Below, one piece after another: positions 29,601-39,512 of a stretch of 61,376 nucleotides of DNA; within the stretch, counting starts at the first letter, position 1, and every line of letters begins with the position of its first letter. The notes under the pieces are model-generated. The model was not told the DNA's origin. It searched no databases and worked only from the letters and a program-made list of their open reading frames with translations. The position numbers and the translations under genes were made by a program. The stretch covers positions 1 to 61,376 of IMG/VR virus record IMGVR_UViG_3300001847_000619; one strand, written 5' to 3'. Origin of the DNA: a virus. Its lineage: Duplodnaviria > Caudoviricetes.

Positions 29601-32600
29601 ATTAATAGAAGAAATGCGTTCTTACAATAAAAGAGTAGATATAGCTAAAGATTTTATATTAGAATATGACCCAGAAGAAGCAGTAAAAAGATTTTACGAA
29701 AAAGATATCGAAGAAAACAAAGCAGCTTATGAAGCAGAAAGAAAAGCAGTAGAAGATTGGTATAATGAGCAAGCTGATGAGAATTTCGATTTAATGCAAG
29801 ACGATGAATTTATCAACCAATTAATTAAAGAATATGAACAAGAATATCCAGAACAAGTTAAGGGAAGTACTGAAGAAATTACCACAGGAGAAAAGGGAAG
29901 AGGCGTTAAAGAGGCTATCGGTGGAGAGGCTATTCAAGAAGAAGGAGCAAAGCCAACAAAAGAAGTAGAAGTTCCCCTTGCTGAAAATCCATTCGAAAAA
30001 ACCCCTAAAACACAAGTAGCAAGAGATAAATACTTCAAGCAAACATTTGGAGAAAACGCAGATAAAGCAGAAGAAATTTATAATAAATATAAAGATACTA
30101 ATGACTTTGAAGCAATGCAAAAGGAAATGCAAGGGGAAGTGCCAAAAGCCGAAAAACCTGTGGCAGAACCTCCCGTTCCTCCAAAAGAAGAAAAACCAAT
30201 AGAAACACCTTCTGAAGAAGAAAAGTGGACTGCAATAAGAAAAGCTAAATTAGAAGAAATAAAAGGAGTTAAAGAGATGTTTGAAAAAGAAACATCCAAA
30301 CCTTGGACTAAAATACAACAAGAAGCATTAGAAGATGTAGCTAAAGAGTTTCCAAAGAAAACATTAAACGATGCTATAAGAACTAAAGTAGAAAGGCTTG
30401 CTGCTAAATACGATGCAAAAGAAGATTATAACCCTACTGCAAAAGATTTAGCTGTAATACAAGAGTTTAAAAGGCAAACAGAAAGCAAAATAAATGCTGC
30501 AAAAGAAGAACTACAATCAGATAATGATATAGAAAGATTTGCTGCTATAGCTGAAATGACAAGCTATGAAAATGATTTATTAAATGCAAGCAAAGCTTTA
30601 TTTACACAAGAAGCAGGTAGGGCATTTGGATTTAGGCAATCGGAAAGCATCAAGGATGAAAATGCAGGGCTTCAAATAAGGAGAATGCAATTAATGAGAG
30701 CTAATGGAATGGAGAAGCTTTCAGATGCTGATAATAAATTTTTAGAATCTCAATGGGAAAAAGAAAAAGAGTTGATGAAAAAAGAACAAGAGATTCGTGA
30801 GCAATCACTAAAAGAAGCATTTGATAATGAAGTCGCTAAACTACAAGAGGAGTATGAAAATAAACTAAAAGAAAAAAAGATATCAGCTACAGATAAAAAA
30901 GCATCAGATAAGCTAAGGAAATTTGCTGAAAAAATAAGGAATAGCAAAACCCTGGATATGCTTGGACTTGGAACTCCTATTGAAGGAGAAGCAAAAGGTA
31001 TATCTTTTAATACAAAAGAAGCTTTAGCAAAAGTTATAGAAAAAATGGCTGATGGAATGGATAAAGTTGAAGCCATAGCAAAAGTGCTAAAAGAATATGG
31101 AGTAGACAAATCAAAAGAGTTTTCTGATTTAGTAGATAAAGCTTTAATAAAAATAGCAAAACCTGATACAGATGAAGTTTTATCTAAAATAAAAGATTTA
31201 GCAAGCAAAACAGACGAAAAAAATGTAACTAATGAAATGGTTGCTAAAGGTCTTATTAGAGATTATGTAAATTCTTTTATTGGGGAAGTTGATAAAAGTA
31301 AAGTATTAAACGAAGCAGCTACAAAACTTAAGGAAGTTCTTCCCGATTTGGATAGAAAAACATTAAGAAATGCATTTTTAAAAGAAGGCGAATTTAAACA
31401 ACCTACAAAAAAATCATTAAACGAAGCTCTTAATCAAGCAAAAAGAGATTTATTAAAAATAGAAAAAGAACAAAGCAAAAAAGAAGCAACAGAAGATGAG
31501 CTTCAAAAGAAAAAATTAGAGCAAGAAAAAGAAAAAGCACAAAAAAGCATAAGGGATTATCAAAGAAGATTAGATAATGAAAAATATGAAAAAGAAGAAC
31601 CAATAGTGCTTAAAAAACAAGATGCAGAGCTAATAAAAATAAATAAAGAGAAAAATCAAATTAAATCCGAATTTGATAAAAAAAGAAAAGAATTAGAAGA
31701 AAAGAATAAGCATTGGTTACAAAGAGCAGCAGATTTTGTTAGGTCATCATATATAGCATCATTAATAGGAAATCCTGTTACATTAGCAAAAGTTGCTTAT
31801 ATGTCTATTATAAGACCAACTTCCGAAATAACAAGAAAAGTTATATTAGGTAATTTGTTTAAAACCATTGCTCCTAATTATTATGAAGCTGCATTAAAAG
31901 GAGGAGAAAGTAAAAGTTTAAAAAGTATTGAAGCTGGACTTAATGCATATTTCAGACAGATGGGAGAAAAAAAGATGCAAGAAAAGTTTCAAAAAGCAAG
32001 CAATGAATTTGACCAAGCAGCTAAAAAATATTACGATGCAGTAAATGCTAAAGCTGATGAAAAAACATTATCCAAGTTGAAAAAAGATATGGATAATAAG
32101 AGGTTGGCTGCTATGGGGAATATTGTTTATCAATTTATTGGGGGGAGCTCTATAAAAGATGCGTTACAATCATTAGTAAATAGAGCAAATGAAATAGAAA
32201 GGCAATTTGGTAAAACTGAAACAGAAAGCATAAAAGATGGCAACGCATTAGATAAATTAAATTATATTTTAGGGTTTATAGGTCGTTCTCATAGTGCTGC
32301 TAAAACATTTTCAGGAAGATTTAGCTATGCAGCAAGCTTTATGGCTAGATTAGAAGGTGCTGCAAGAGATGGAAGCATATCAGACCCAAACAGAATATTA
32401 GAAATAGCACATGAAAGTTACATAGATTGGGAAAGAGGTAAATATCAACAAGATAATTGGGTAACTAAGAAATGGAACGATGTAATAAAATCAATAAAAG
32501 AAAAAACAGCAGGAAAAGGAGAATGGAGTAAATACGATAAGGCACTAGAAGCATTGCTTAAGACAGATGTAGCTATAACAAGAGTTCCCGTAAATATAAT

Positions 32601-33702
32601 TCATGAAGCTGTAACAGAATATACATTAGGAGCATTTAGAGCACCAATATTAGCCTATAGGGAATATGCAAAAGCTAAAGGCAAGGCAATAGAAGAAGGA
32701 TATAGCAAAACATTAGATAGTAAAGAATTTAAAGCAAGAGTTGGCGAATTGATATCTAAAATGGATGCAGAACAAGCGGCAAAAATATATAGATTATTTA
32801 CAAAAGGAGGATTAGGTGCTGGTCTTTATGGTCTTGCATTAACTACTGGATTAGTTCAATTTGGAGTCTTCCCTCACAAAGGACAAAAGAAAAAGAAAGA
32901 AGAAATATATCTAAAAGAAGGAGAATTAAATCCAGGTCAAATAATGTTTGGTAATGATAGGCTTGGCGAAACAGCATCTAAATTAATAGAACATACACCT
33001 GCCTTGTGGACTACATTTATGGGATTAGGGATAGCCAAAATATATGCAGATGATGTTAAAGAAGGGAAGATGTCATCTCAAGCAGCATGGGATGCAGCAT
33101 ATACGCATATGCAAATAATAGAATCATCTATACCTCAAACAAAAGTAGTTAGCCCATTAGAAGTGTTAAAAGGTGCAGGAAAATCTTTTGCAGGTAAGCT
33201 AAGTGATTATGGTATTCTTGATAATTATATTGACAGTAAAGGAGCATTTATAAATCAAGAAAAGAAAAAACTTGAAATGACGACATCTGAAGTATCTCGC
33301 TTAAAAGATTATAAAGTAGAACCACCAAGATTAGGAGTAAGAAGTCAAAATAAAATAGAAGTAGATGCAAAACATCCAAAAGTTGGATTATCAAAAGATG
33401 GCAAGCCTTATGCTTATATGAATGATTTTGAATGGGATAAATTCAATGAATATAGAAAAAAATATATAAACGATGCTTTGAAAGAAATATATGATGCTGC
33501 TGATGCAGGAGATATTAAATTAAATCAAGAAAATTTAACAGATGCGTTAACTAGAATAACTAAACAAGCAACATCTATAGCTAAAAGTAAATTAATTGAT
33601 GAGGGATTTTTATCTGAAAAGAATAAGGAAGATGAGGAAGATGAAAATATAGAATCTATAAACACAATTATAAAAGATATATACAAAGAAGCTAAAGAGT
33701 AA
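26632..33702 (+). CDS. giant internal virion / ejection protein
   Basis: 2356 aa; Gly/Ala membrane-like segments near aa 250-450, long coiled coils; no catalytic motif recognised. Confidence 0.65.
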   Translation: MAEELEQIQEENIEPTQEQDIQGEQVEQTQQETQQQPPSKASVLYNNLLKDGYTKQNLGDEQSFIKNVSTKEGAAKIHSVLLSDGYTEANLGNVNDFTNNLVAQPPVPKQAPLYTAKGFIEQEKKKAEEQLLPVIPQKKAEVKPSAPQRPSITQYDRKEDENGFMSALGTATDYAKHLYNKILDGVGYVASGALETQAATTSALINAAQQITGDKGFDSQEFQNHINNEIVPKIKEKIKLAEATVPKESQKKFDDSFLLSSISGLAEFAPAMPLGVAGMLAAGTDMGIQAINNSEVGKKLPESIKSIFGITTGTATALLTELKLDKIFGKQTEKVASKLAVETLDGLLKKSTEPITADAYNAALQNAAKSLKEKVVSSGGKMLKGGAIGSLFGGLNESTNLLAEDITNRLTNQQVFEPTSFGKAWSRISKGTASMGVGGIILGGAHIPFSKTENYIKNKVSEAKTIDDINNLKREVTQQVQGGDVSINDANRVLDLIDHYTKINSSIPVDVPNKSQVIDKIKQRDDLHQQANDILTEAQNLDPAFQEQKIKEAQTLTNAADDIHNQIAGKPVYRIGEQEVDRDTFNNYLDSEAAKGNKDELYVENDDEMSSKLEKQGGKTTIDEELGTPVTTNKVEEVPVPTTKEKPQELINTTIFDENMIPISDENESLANKVIDNAISKSKSLENFHSKLSQLGYNFRSQTIESLNKFVQDRIDGKTNQSFEDWRNQNKETTKTKENDTQNITGIPSVIGEGETTIKAKPIEGGGTQEISGGGVLQENVPSRQGEMAEKPQEVKQGEETKNEYIKRKQSEILSELKNKYPTLITGNDINPMVAQPRYMSNTDIELAKKFLDPTILETQYNLEKSELPKTKEKIPAKEKVFSKASVNRTEAKKVYNHVYSLDDPTDARGIAKKWLSLGGKVSIDSFADEVTGLIKSRGQAKIIIPKEARESEFTDSKSSLTVSKAAHDLWDNLPDELKDSISDSDIKDALIEEMRSYNKRVDIAKDFILEYDPEEAVKRFYEKDIEENKAAYEAERKAVEDWYNEQADENFDLMQDDEFINQLIKEYEQEYPEQVKGSTEEITTGEKGRGVKEAIGGEAIQEEGAKPTKEVEVPLAENPFEKTPKTQVARDKYFKQTFGENADKAEEIYNKYKDTNDFEAMQKEMQGEVPKAEKPVAEPPVPPKEEKPIETPSEEEKWTAIRKAKLEEIKGVKEMFEKETSKPWTKIQQEALEDVAKEFPKKTLNDAIRTKVERLAAKYDAKEDYNPTAKDLAVIQEFKRQTESKINAAKEELQSDNDIERFAAIAEMTSYENDLLNASKALFTQEAGRAFGFRQSESIKDENAGLQIRRMQLMRANGMEKLSDADNKFLESQWEKEKELMKKEQEIREQSLKEAFDNEVAKLQEEYENKLKEKKISATDKKASDKLRKFAEKIRNSKTLDMLGLGTPIEGEAKGISFNTKEALAKVIEKMADGMDKVEAIAKVLKEYGVDKSKEFSDLVDKALIKIAKPDTDEVLSKIKDLASKTDEKNVTNEMVAKGLIRDYVNSFIGEVDKSKVLNEAATKLKEVLPDLDRKTLRNAFLKEGEFKQPTKKSLNEALNQAKRDLLKIEKEQSKKEATEDELQKKKLEQEKEKAQKSIRDYQRRLDNEKYEKEEPIVLKKQDAELIKINKEKNQIKSEFDKKRKELEEKNKHWLQRAADFVRSSYIASLIGNPVTLAKVAYMSIIRPTSEITRKVILGNLFKTIAPNYYEAALKGGESKSLKSIEAGLNAYFRQMGEKKMQEKFQKASNEFDQAAKKYYDAVNAKADEKTLSKLKKDMDNKRLAAMGNIVYQFIGGSSIKDALQSLVNRANEIERQFGKTETESIKDGNALDKLNYILGFIGRSHSAAKTFSGRFSYAASFMARLEGAARDGSISDPNRILEIAHESYIDWERGKYQQDNWVTKKWNDVIKSIKEKTAGKGEWSKYDKALEALLKTDVAITRVPVNIIHEAVTEYTLGAFRAPILAYREYAKAKGKAIEEGYSKTLDSKEFKARVGELISKMDAEQAAKIYRLFTKGGLGAGLYGLALTTGLVQFGVFPHKGQKKKKEEIYLKEGELNPGQIMFGNDRLGETASKLIEHTPALWTTFMGLGIAKIYADDVKEGKMSSQAAWDAAYTHMQIIESSIPQTKVVSPLEVLKGAGKSFAGKLSDYGILDNYIDSKGAFINQEKKKLEMTTSEVSRLKDYKVEPPRLGVRSQNKIEVDAKHPKVGLSKDGKPYAYMNDFEWDKFNEYRKKYINDALKEIYDAADAGDIKLNQENLTDALTRITKQATSIAKSKLIDEGFLSEKNKEDEEDENIESINTIIKDIYKEAKE
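28847..29017 (+). CDS. nested +1-frame 56-aa basic protein MIHKTSQGYQVLSEKGKPLSKPNLSKAEAHKRLAVVEYFKK...
   Basis: A-rich leader, protein-like sequence, shares motif with 29834-29968. Confidence 0.65.
   Translation: MIHKTSQGYQVLSEKGKPLSKPNLSKAEAHKRLAVVEYFKKMSPADKAKWQKSHKK
29834..29968 (+). CDS. nested +1-frame 44-aa basic protein MNKNIQNKLREVLKKLPQEKREEALKRLSVERLFKKKEQSQQKK
   Basis: manual translation; EAxKRLxVxxxFKK motif shared with 28847-29017. Confidence 0.55.
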   Translation: MNKNIQNKLREVLKKLPQEKREEALKRLSVERLFKKKEQSQQKK

Positions 33703-33746
33703 TATATCTTCCCCTTGCAAATAATAACCAAATCAAACATATAAAT

Positions 33747-34067
33747 ATGACCGAATCAAGAAAAATAGAACAACTAGAAGCACAACTAAGAAAGTACGAA
33801 GAAAACGGAGTAGCTAAACTGTATTATAGTCTAAACAGAAAAGCAAACGAAATGGCTGAAGTTTTAAATGCTAACGACCTAAAAACATTAGATATAGATG
33901 ACCCTAAATCAAAGGCATTTGAAAGACTAAAGGTTATTTGGACTGGAGCATCAGAAATAGCAGCAGCAGTAAAAGCATTAGGAGAGAATGCAGGTATAAC
34001 AGGAGATGAGAAAAAAGATGTAGAAAAGAAGCCTTTTGTAGAAACAATAGCTGAATCAAGAAGATAA
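33747..34067 (+). CDS. putative terminase small subunit
   Basis: 106-aa helical protein just upstream of TerL; positional inference. Confidence 0.4.
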   Translation: MTESRKIEQLEAQLRKYEENGVAKLYYSLNRKANEMAEVLNANDLKTLDIDDPKSKAFERLKVIWTGASEIAAAVKALGENAGITGDEKKDVEKKPFVETIAESRR

Positions 34068-34097
34068 TTTCTTAACTTTATAAAAAAATAATATAAA

Positions 34098-34595
34098 ATG
34101 AAACAAGCATTATTAAATGCAGGCTGTATTAAAAAGTTTGAATCTGCATTAAAATTTGAATTAGGGCATTTCTATCTATATAGCATGCTAGCAAATAAAA
34201 TGCAAATGCTAGGGTATTTTGGTGCTTATGATTATTTTATTGTTGAACGGGAAGAAGAGATAGGGCATTATCAAAAGCATATTAGCTTCTTGAATGATGA
34301 AGGTATACTTCCTAAATTGCCTACGCTTGTGCCTGAAACGGATTCAGCGACTTCCCTTAAAGAAGCAATACAAATGGCTTACGACAACGAACTAGACCTA
34401 TTAAAATACTATCGTGAAATGTATAACGAAGAAGAAGAAGAATATGCAGAAGTAGGTCAGCATCTTTTATTTTTCCTTGAAACCCAAAGAACAGCAGTAG
34501 GCTTCTACGGCGACTTATTGGCAACAATGGAGTCAGAAAAAAATAATCCCAATATCAATATGATTATTGATAAAAAACTTAAAGAATTGGCTTAA
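34098..34595 (+). CDS. ferritin-like protein
   Basis: E(L)....Y..LA......GY.GA..YF.....EE..H..K...FL.D.G; E-ExxH-E di-iron ligands. Confidence 0.85.
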   Translation: MKQALLNAGCIKKFESALKFELGHFYLYSMLANKMQMLGYFGAYDYFIVEREEEIGHYQKHISFLNDEGILPKLPTLVPETDSATSLKEAIQMAYDNELDLLKYYREMYNEEEEEYAEVGQHLLFFLETQRTAVGFYGDLLATMESEKNNPNINMIIDKKLKELA

Positions 34596-34603
34596 TATCC
34601 ATA

Positions 34604-36682
34604 ATGGGGGATAAAATAGAAATATATCATACAATAATAGAACTTCCCGAACAGCCATCAATAGAAAATATTGAAAACTGGGGAACAGAAAATCCATTAG
34701 AGCAATATTGGAGAAGAAGGGAATTGCCATCTTATTTAGAGCAAGTTGAATATGATAAAGATGGAAATGCTTTATTAGATAGCAAACAAAGAGAATATGC
34801 TTTAGAAGAAGTTAGAAGATGCAAAGATGGATTTTGGTTTATGAATAGAGGCATTCCTACTTATATAACAGGGAAAAATTACTTTTATTTACAATGGTGG
34901 AAACTTGAAGATGATATATATCCCGATTATAGAGATTTAGATAGAAGATATTTTCTTTATTTGAATTACTGGGAAAATACTCCTTGGTGTTTAGGAATAA
35001 TGATAGGTAAAAAAAGAAGGCAAGGGCAAACATCTATAGGCACATCTAATTTAGTATATGAATGCGTTTTCTTTAAAAATAGTTTTTGTGGATTAACAAG
35101 CAAAACACAAATAGATGCCAAAAATACATTTACAAATCTTGTTGCTTTTGGATATAGACAATTGCCAGTATTTTTAAAACCAAAGCAACTTAACAATAAA
35201 GATTCTGTAAGCGAATTGGTATTTGCCCATAAATCAGTAGAAGTAAAAGGGTCAAAAGGGAGTGCTATAGATTCAGATACAGGACACAGGTCTAAAGTCG
35301 ATTATCGTGCTCCTGGTAAAAACGCCTATGATTCGGGTAGACTTAGTCGGGGACTCTTTGATGAGGGTGGAAAATTCCCCCCAGAAGTTCCCTTCTCTGA
35401 ATTTATATCTATTGTAAGCAAAACGATGGTAAAAGGGGTTAAAAGAGTTGGTTTTATGGAACTGCCATCAACTATGAACGATATGACTAAGGGAGGTGGA
35501 GAGCAATATAAATTATTGTGGGATAAAGCAGACCATAGTAATGGTAGAACTCCTAGTAGACTTGTAAGATATTTTAGCCCAGCTTATGATGGATTTATGG
35601 GTTTTATAGATAAGTACGGGATTAGTGTTATAAATGAACCTACAGAAGAACAATACAAATATTTAGTAGAAAATTTTCTTGGTCTTGGGGATTTGACAGA
35701 GGAAGACGTGAAGTTAGGAGCAAAGCAATATTTGATTAATAAAAGAGTTGGATTAGAAGGAACATTGCTTGAGGAAGAGATTCGTATGAATCCTTTTGAT
35801 GAGAAAGAAATGTTTCAATCTGCTATTGCATCTTCCCTTTACAACTCATTTAAACTAAATCAACAATTAGATTTTTTAAGTTATAATGAACTAACAGAAA
35901 GAGGTAATTTAGTATGGGAAGATGGACATGAAATTTATAAAGAAGAACTTAATAGTCAAGGGGAACTCATAGGAATAAAACCAAGTAAAGTAATATGGAT
36001 TCCAAATGAAAATGGAAAGTACGAAAAAGTAAAAGGATGGAAACCAAAAGAATCTAATAATGTATATGAAAGCAATGGCTCATTTTCCCCTGGCGGCAAA
36101 TATGCAATAAGAATAGGATGCGACCCTTTTAAATACGATAAGACAAAAGACAATAGAAAGTCAAATTGTGCAGCTTATGCATATCAATTAGAAGATTTAT
36201 CTGATGAAAATTCAGAATTTAATGATATGTTTGTGATGAAATATGTAGATAGACCATTAACTACTGATTTACAATATGAATCAGTATTAAAAATGGCTTG
36301 GTATTGTGGCACACAAGTTCTTTTTGAAAGAAACGTAGAAGGATGGAAAAAGTACTTTAATTATAATAAATGTGGAGGATTCTTAATGTGGTTGCCAAAA
36401 GAAGTAGAACCTGGCATATATACTGATGGGGCAGGTAAGACCACACAAATGATATGCGACTTTACGGAAGCGTACATTGAAAAGAACATACACAAAGTAT
36501 ATTTTAAATCCCTTATAGAAGAAACAGCAGGATGGCTTGGATTCGAGGTGGGAAATACTCAAAAGTATGATGAGGCGATGGCAAGTGGATTTGCTTTAAT
36601 AGCAGCAAAACAAAAAAGATACATAAAAGAAGAACAAAGAAAGAAAAACGTTGAATTTATAATACCTTATACAATAGCTTAA
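34604..36682 (+). CDS. terminase large subunit
   Basis: YITG..YFYLQW, K.RRQGQT Walker A, FDEGGK Walker B, GCDPF nuclease, Y.DRP, ERN, YDEAMASG. Confidence 0.92.
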   Translation: MGDKIEIYHTIIELPEQPSIENIENWGTENPLEQYWRRRELPSYLEQVEYDKDGNALLDSKQREYALEEVRRCKDGFWFMNRGIPTYITGKNYFYLQWWKLEDDIYPDYRDLDRRYFLYLNYWENTPWCLGIMIGKKRRQGQTSIGTSNLVYECVFFKNSFCGLTSKTQIDAKNTFTNLVAFGYRQLPVFLKPKQLNNKDSVSELVFAHKSVEVKGSKGSAIDSDTGHRSKVDYRAPGKNAYDSGRLSRGLFDEGGKFPPEVPFSEFISIVSKTMVKGVKRVGFMELPSTMNDMTKGGGEQYKLLWDKADHSNGRTPSRLVRYFSPAYDGFMGFIDKYGISVINEPTEEQYKYLVENFLGLGDLTEEDVKLGAKQYLINKRVGLEGTLLEEEIRMNPFDEKEMFQSAIASSLYNSFKLNQQLDFLSYNELTERGNLVWEDGHEIYKEELNSQGELIGIKPSKVIWIPNENGKYEKVKGWKPKESNNVYESNGSFSPGGKYAIRIGCDPFKYDKTKDNRKSNCAAYAYQLEDLSDENSEFNDMFVMKYVDRPLTTDLQYESVLKMAWYCGTQVLFERNVEGWKKYFNYNKCGGFLMWLPKEVEPGIYTDGAGKTTQMICDFTEAYIEKNIHKVYFKSLIEETAGWLGFEVGNTQKYDEAMASGFALIAAKQKRYIKEEQRKKNVEFIIPYTIA

Positions 36683-36684
36683 AT

Positions 36685-39030
36685 ATGAGATATACTCAAA
36701 TGGGAATTGGAAGTTCCTACCCTTATCCAGACCACAATATAGCACCTGAAAAGAAAGATGCTGAATGGTGTATGCAATATGCAAAAGCGGTATATTACGA
36801 TTTTACATATGCGTATCCAAAGGGAATATTTGCTAACAATAATGGCGACTATGAAAAGTTCAGAATGTATGCTTTGGGCAAACAGCCAATATCCCCATAT
36901 AAAAAATTATTAGGCGTTGATGCACAAACAAATCATACTTGGTTATCTGTAGATTGGACTGCTAGAGCAGTTGTTAGTTCTTATAGAGATAAGGCTATAA
37001 GTAGATTAATGAAAGATGACTTTGGATTGATTTGTACTCCAATAGATATGTTGGCTAAAGATGAAAGAGAAGATTATTATAATCAATTAAGAATTAAATT
37101 GATTATGAGGGAACAATTACAAAAGCAAAATCCAGAGCTTGCAAATCATCCTGCATTAGCATTAAATCCAAATGAACCTTCTGATTTAGAAGAGTTAGAA
37201 ATGAGATTGGATATGGATGAGCAATTCATAAGAAGTAAAGATGCAGAACAAGCAATAGAATTAGCATTTTATCAAAATAACTACAAAGCACAAAGAAGGC
37301 AAATATTTGAAGATTTGTTTGATTATGGAGTAGCAGGATATAAGGATTGGTTAGGAGATGACAATAAGGTTTATTATAGAAGAGTTAATCCAGAATGTGT
37401 AGTTACAAGCTATTGTAAAAATGGAACATTTAGTGATATTGTTCATGCTGGGGAAGTCATAGATGTTTCTCTTGTTGAATTGGGAACAATAAAAGATAAA
37501 GATGGTAATGCAATGTTTACCGATGAAGAATTGCAAGAATTTGCAGGTTCTATTGCAGGTAAATTTGGAAATCCTGCTCAATTAGGAAAAGGAACTGGAT
37601 GGTTTAAAAGCTACGATAGATTTAAGTGTAAGGTTTTAGATTTAGAGTTTTATACTTATAATGAAAACGTATATAGAGAAGCAGTAGATGAAAATGGGAA
37701 TGTTGATTTTAGAAAAGCTGATTTTAATAGAGGGAAGAAGTCAGAAAAGTATAAAAGAAAAAGAATCCAATATGTATATAAATGCAAGTGGATTATAGGA
37801 ACAGATAAGTGTTACGACTGGGGGATGGCTTATGACCAAAAAAGAAGTAATGACCCAAAGAAAAAAACAAAAGCGAGATTATCATATAATTTCTGTGCTT
37901 ATAACTTCTATGAAATGAAGGGGCAATCATATATGGAACGACTTATTCCCTACATTGATGATTATCAATTAACCATTCTTAAAATACAAAACTTTAAAAA
38001 TAGAGCTGTACCTTCTGGATGGTGGATAGACCTTGACTCATTAGAGAAAGTAGCACTTAATAAAGGGGGTGCTAATATGCAACCAAAAGAGTTATTACAA
38101 ATGTTCTTTGAAACAGGTATACTAGTGGGAAGAAGTGTAACAGAAGCAGGAGAGCCGCAATCTCCCAACTGGAAACCCGTAATACCCATTGAAAATACAG
38201 CAGCAAGCGAATTAGCTATGTTTTATCAGGACTTAGTTAACAGCATTTCTATGATAGAAAGAATAACAGGATACAATGATGTTACTTCTGGAAATCCAAA
38301 TCCAAAAACTCTTGTTCCTGGATATCAAATGGCAGAACAAAGTACAAGTGATGCTCTTTATCCAATGGCATTTGCAGAGGAAGATATAACACTTAGACTT
38401 GCAGAAGATTGCCTTTGCAGAATGCAACAAGGAATCAAAAAAGGAGGAATGGTATCAGGCTATGCTCCTGCATTAAATTCTAACACTCTTAAATTTATGG
38501 AGATAGCTCCAGATATTGCACTTAGAGATTATGGCATTGAATTGGAAAGAAGAACAAGTAATGATGAAAAAGCATGGCTATTACAACAAATGCAAGTTGA
38601 TATTCAAAATGGGTTATTAGACACATCTGATGCCGTATTGCTTGTGAACACAAAGAATGTTAAACAAGCTCAAATGATATGGGCACACAGAGTGAAAAAA
38701 GCTAAAGAAAAAATACAACAACAAGAATTAGAAAAGATTCAAGCCAATAATGAAGGGCAGCAACAAACTGCAATGGCAGCACAGCAAATGCAACAGCAAC
38801 AAATGCAAATGCAGTATCAGTTTGAATTGCAAAAAGAACAAATGCGTATTCAAGCAGAATTAGAAAAAGAAAGGATGAAAATAGAATCTATGGAAAGAAT
38901 AGCAATGCAAAATAGTCAAACTAAAATTGCTGTGGCTCAAGAAACAGGAGATTCTAAATTAAATTCTCACATGATAATGGGTAATTCATCTATAGAAAAA
39001 CAAAAAATCGCAAATCAAAAAACAAAATAA
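36685..39030 (+). CDS. portal protein
   Basis: 781 aa after TerL; DL..YGVA..K, RVNP, ITGYND...G, Gln-rich C-terminal barrel. Confidence 0.88.
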   Translation: MRYTQMGIGSSYPYPDHNIAPEKKDAEWCMQYAKAVYYDFTYAYPKGIFANNNGDYEKFRMYALGKQPISPYKKLLGVDAQTNHTWLSVDWTARAVVSSYRDKAISRLMKDDFGLICTPIDMLAKDEREDYYNQLRIKLIMREQLQKQNPELANHPALALNPNEPSDLEELEMRLDMDEQFIRSKDAEQAIELAFYQNNYKAQRRQIFEDLFDYGVAGYKDWLGDDNKVYYRRVNPECVVTSYCKNGTFSDIVHAGEVIDVSLVELGTIKDKDGNAMFTDEELQEFAGSIAGKFGNPAQLGKGTGWFKSYDRFKCKVLDLEFYTYNENVYREAVDENGNVDFRKADFNRGKKSEKYKRKRIQYVYKCKWIIGTDKCYDWGMAYDQKRSNDPKKKTKARLSYNFCAYNFYEMKGQSYMERLIPYIDDYQLTILKIQNFKNRAVPSGWWIDLDSLEKVALNKGGANMQPKELLQMFFETGILVGRSVTEAGEPQSPNWKPVIPIENTAASELAMFYQDLVNSISMIERITGYNDVTSGNPNPKTLVPGYQMAEQSTSDALYPMAFAEEDITLRLAEDCLCRMQQGIKKGGMVSGYAPALNSNTLKFMEIAPDIALRDYGIELERRTSNDEKAWLLQQMQVDIQNGLLDTSDAVLLVNTKNVKQAQMIWAHRVKKAKEKIQQQELEKIQANNEGQQQTAMAAQQMQQQQMQMQYQFELQKEQMRIQAELEKERMKIESMERIAMQNSQTKIAVAQETGDSKLNSHMIMGNSSIEKQKIANQKTK

Positions 39031-39031
39031 A

Positions 39032-39454
39032 ATGGCAAAAGCAAAAAAAACAAAAGTAACTGAAGAACCAATATTAGAATCTCCCCTTGTTTCTGAATTA
39101 GAAAATAGCACATCTGAAGAAACTATATTAGAAAATGAAGCAATTGTAGAAGAGAAAAAAGAAGATATTGTTTTAGAATCTAAAGAACAAACATTAGAAG
39201 AAAAAATATTATCTTTAGCTAGTAACGATTATAAAAAAATCAACGATTTACTTATTTCTATTTATACTTTAAAAATGTCAGATGATATATCTGTTAATAA
39301 GAATATAAAGGAAATATTGAGCAATATGGTAAACAAGGGGGAAATCGAGGTTTCTGCTAATAGACACATGGATTTAGCAATGACCTATTATGATGATGAT
39401 GCAAAAGCTAAAAAGCATAATATTTTAAACACAGATATTTTTATAAAAAAATAA
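39032..39454 (+). CDS. hypothetical acidic protein
   Basis: 140-aa ORF in head module. Confidence 0.7.
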   Translation: MAKAKKTKVTEEPILESPLVSELENSTSEETILENEAIVEEKKEDIVLESKEQTLEEKILSLASNDYKKINDLLISIYTLKMSDDISVNKNIKEILSNMVNKGEIEVSANRHMDLAMTYYDDDAKAKKHNILNTDIFIKK

Positions 39455-39512
39455 TTGTTTGTGATAATAAAAAAATATAATTTTACTTAACCAATCTTAA
39501 AACCAAATCAAA

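Noticed and set aside
26632-33702. crAss-like virion RNA polymerase in the giant protein
   Set aside because: No DxDxD/DFDxD catalytic motif seen; sequence is mostly coiled coil, and host-type promoters precede most modules.
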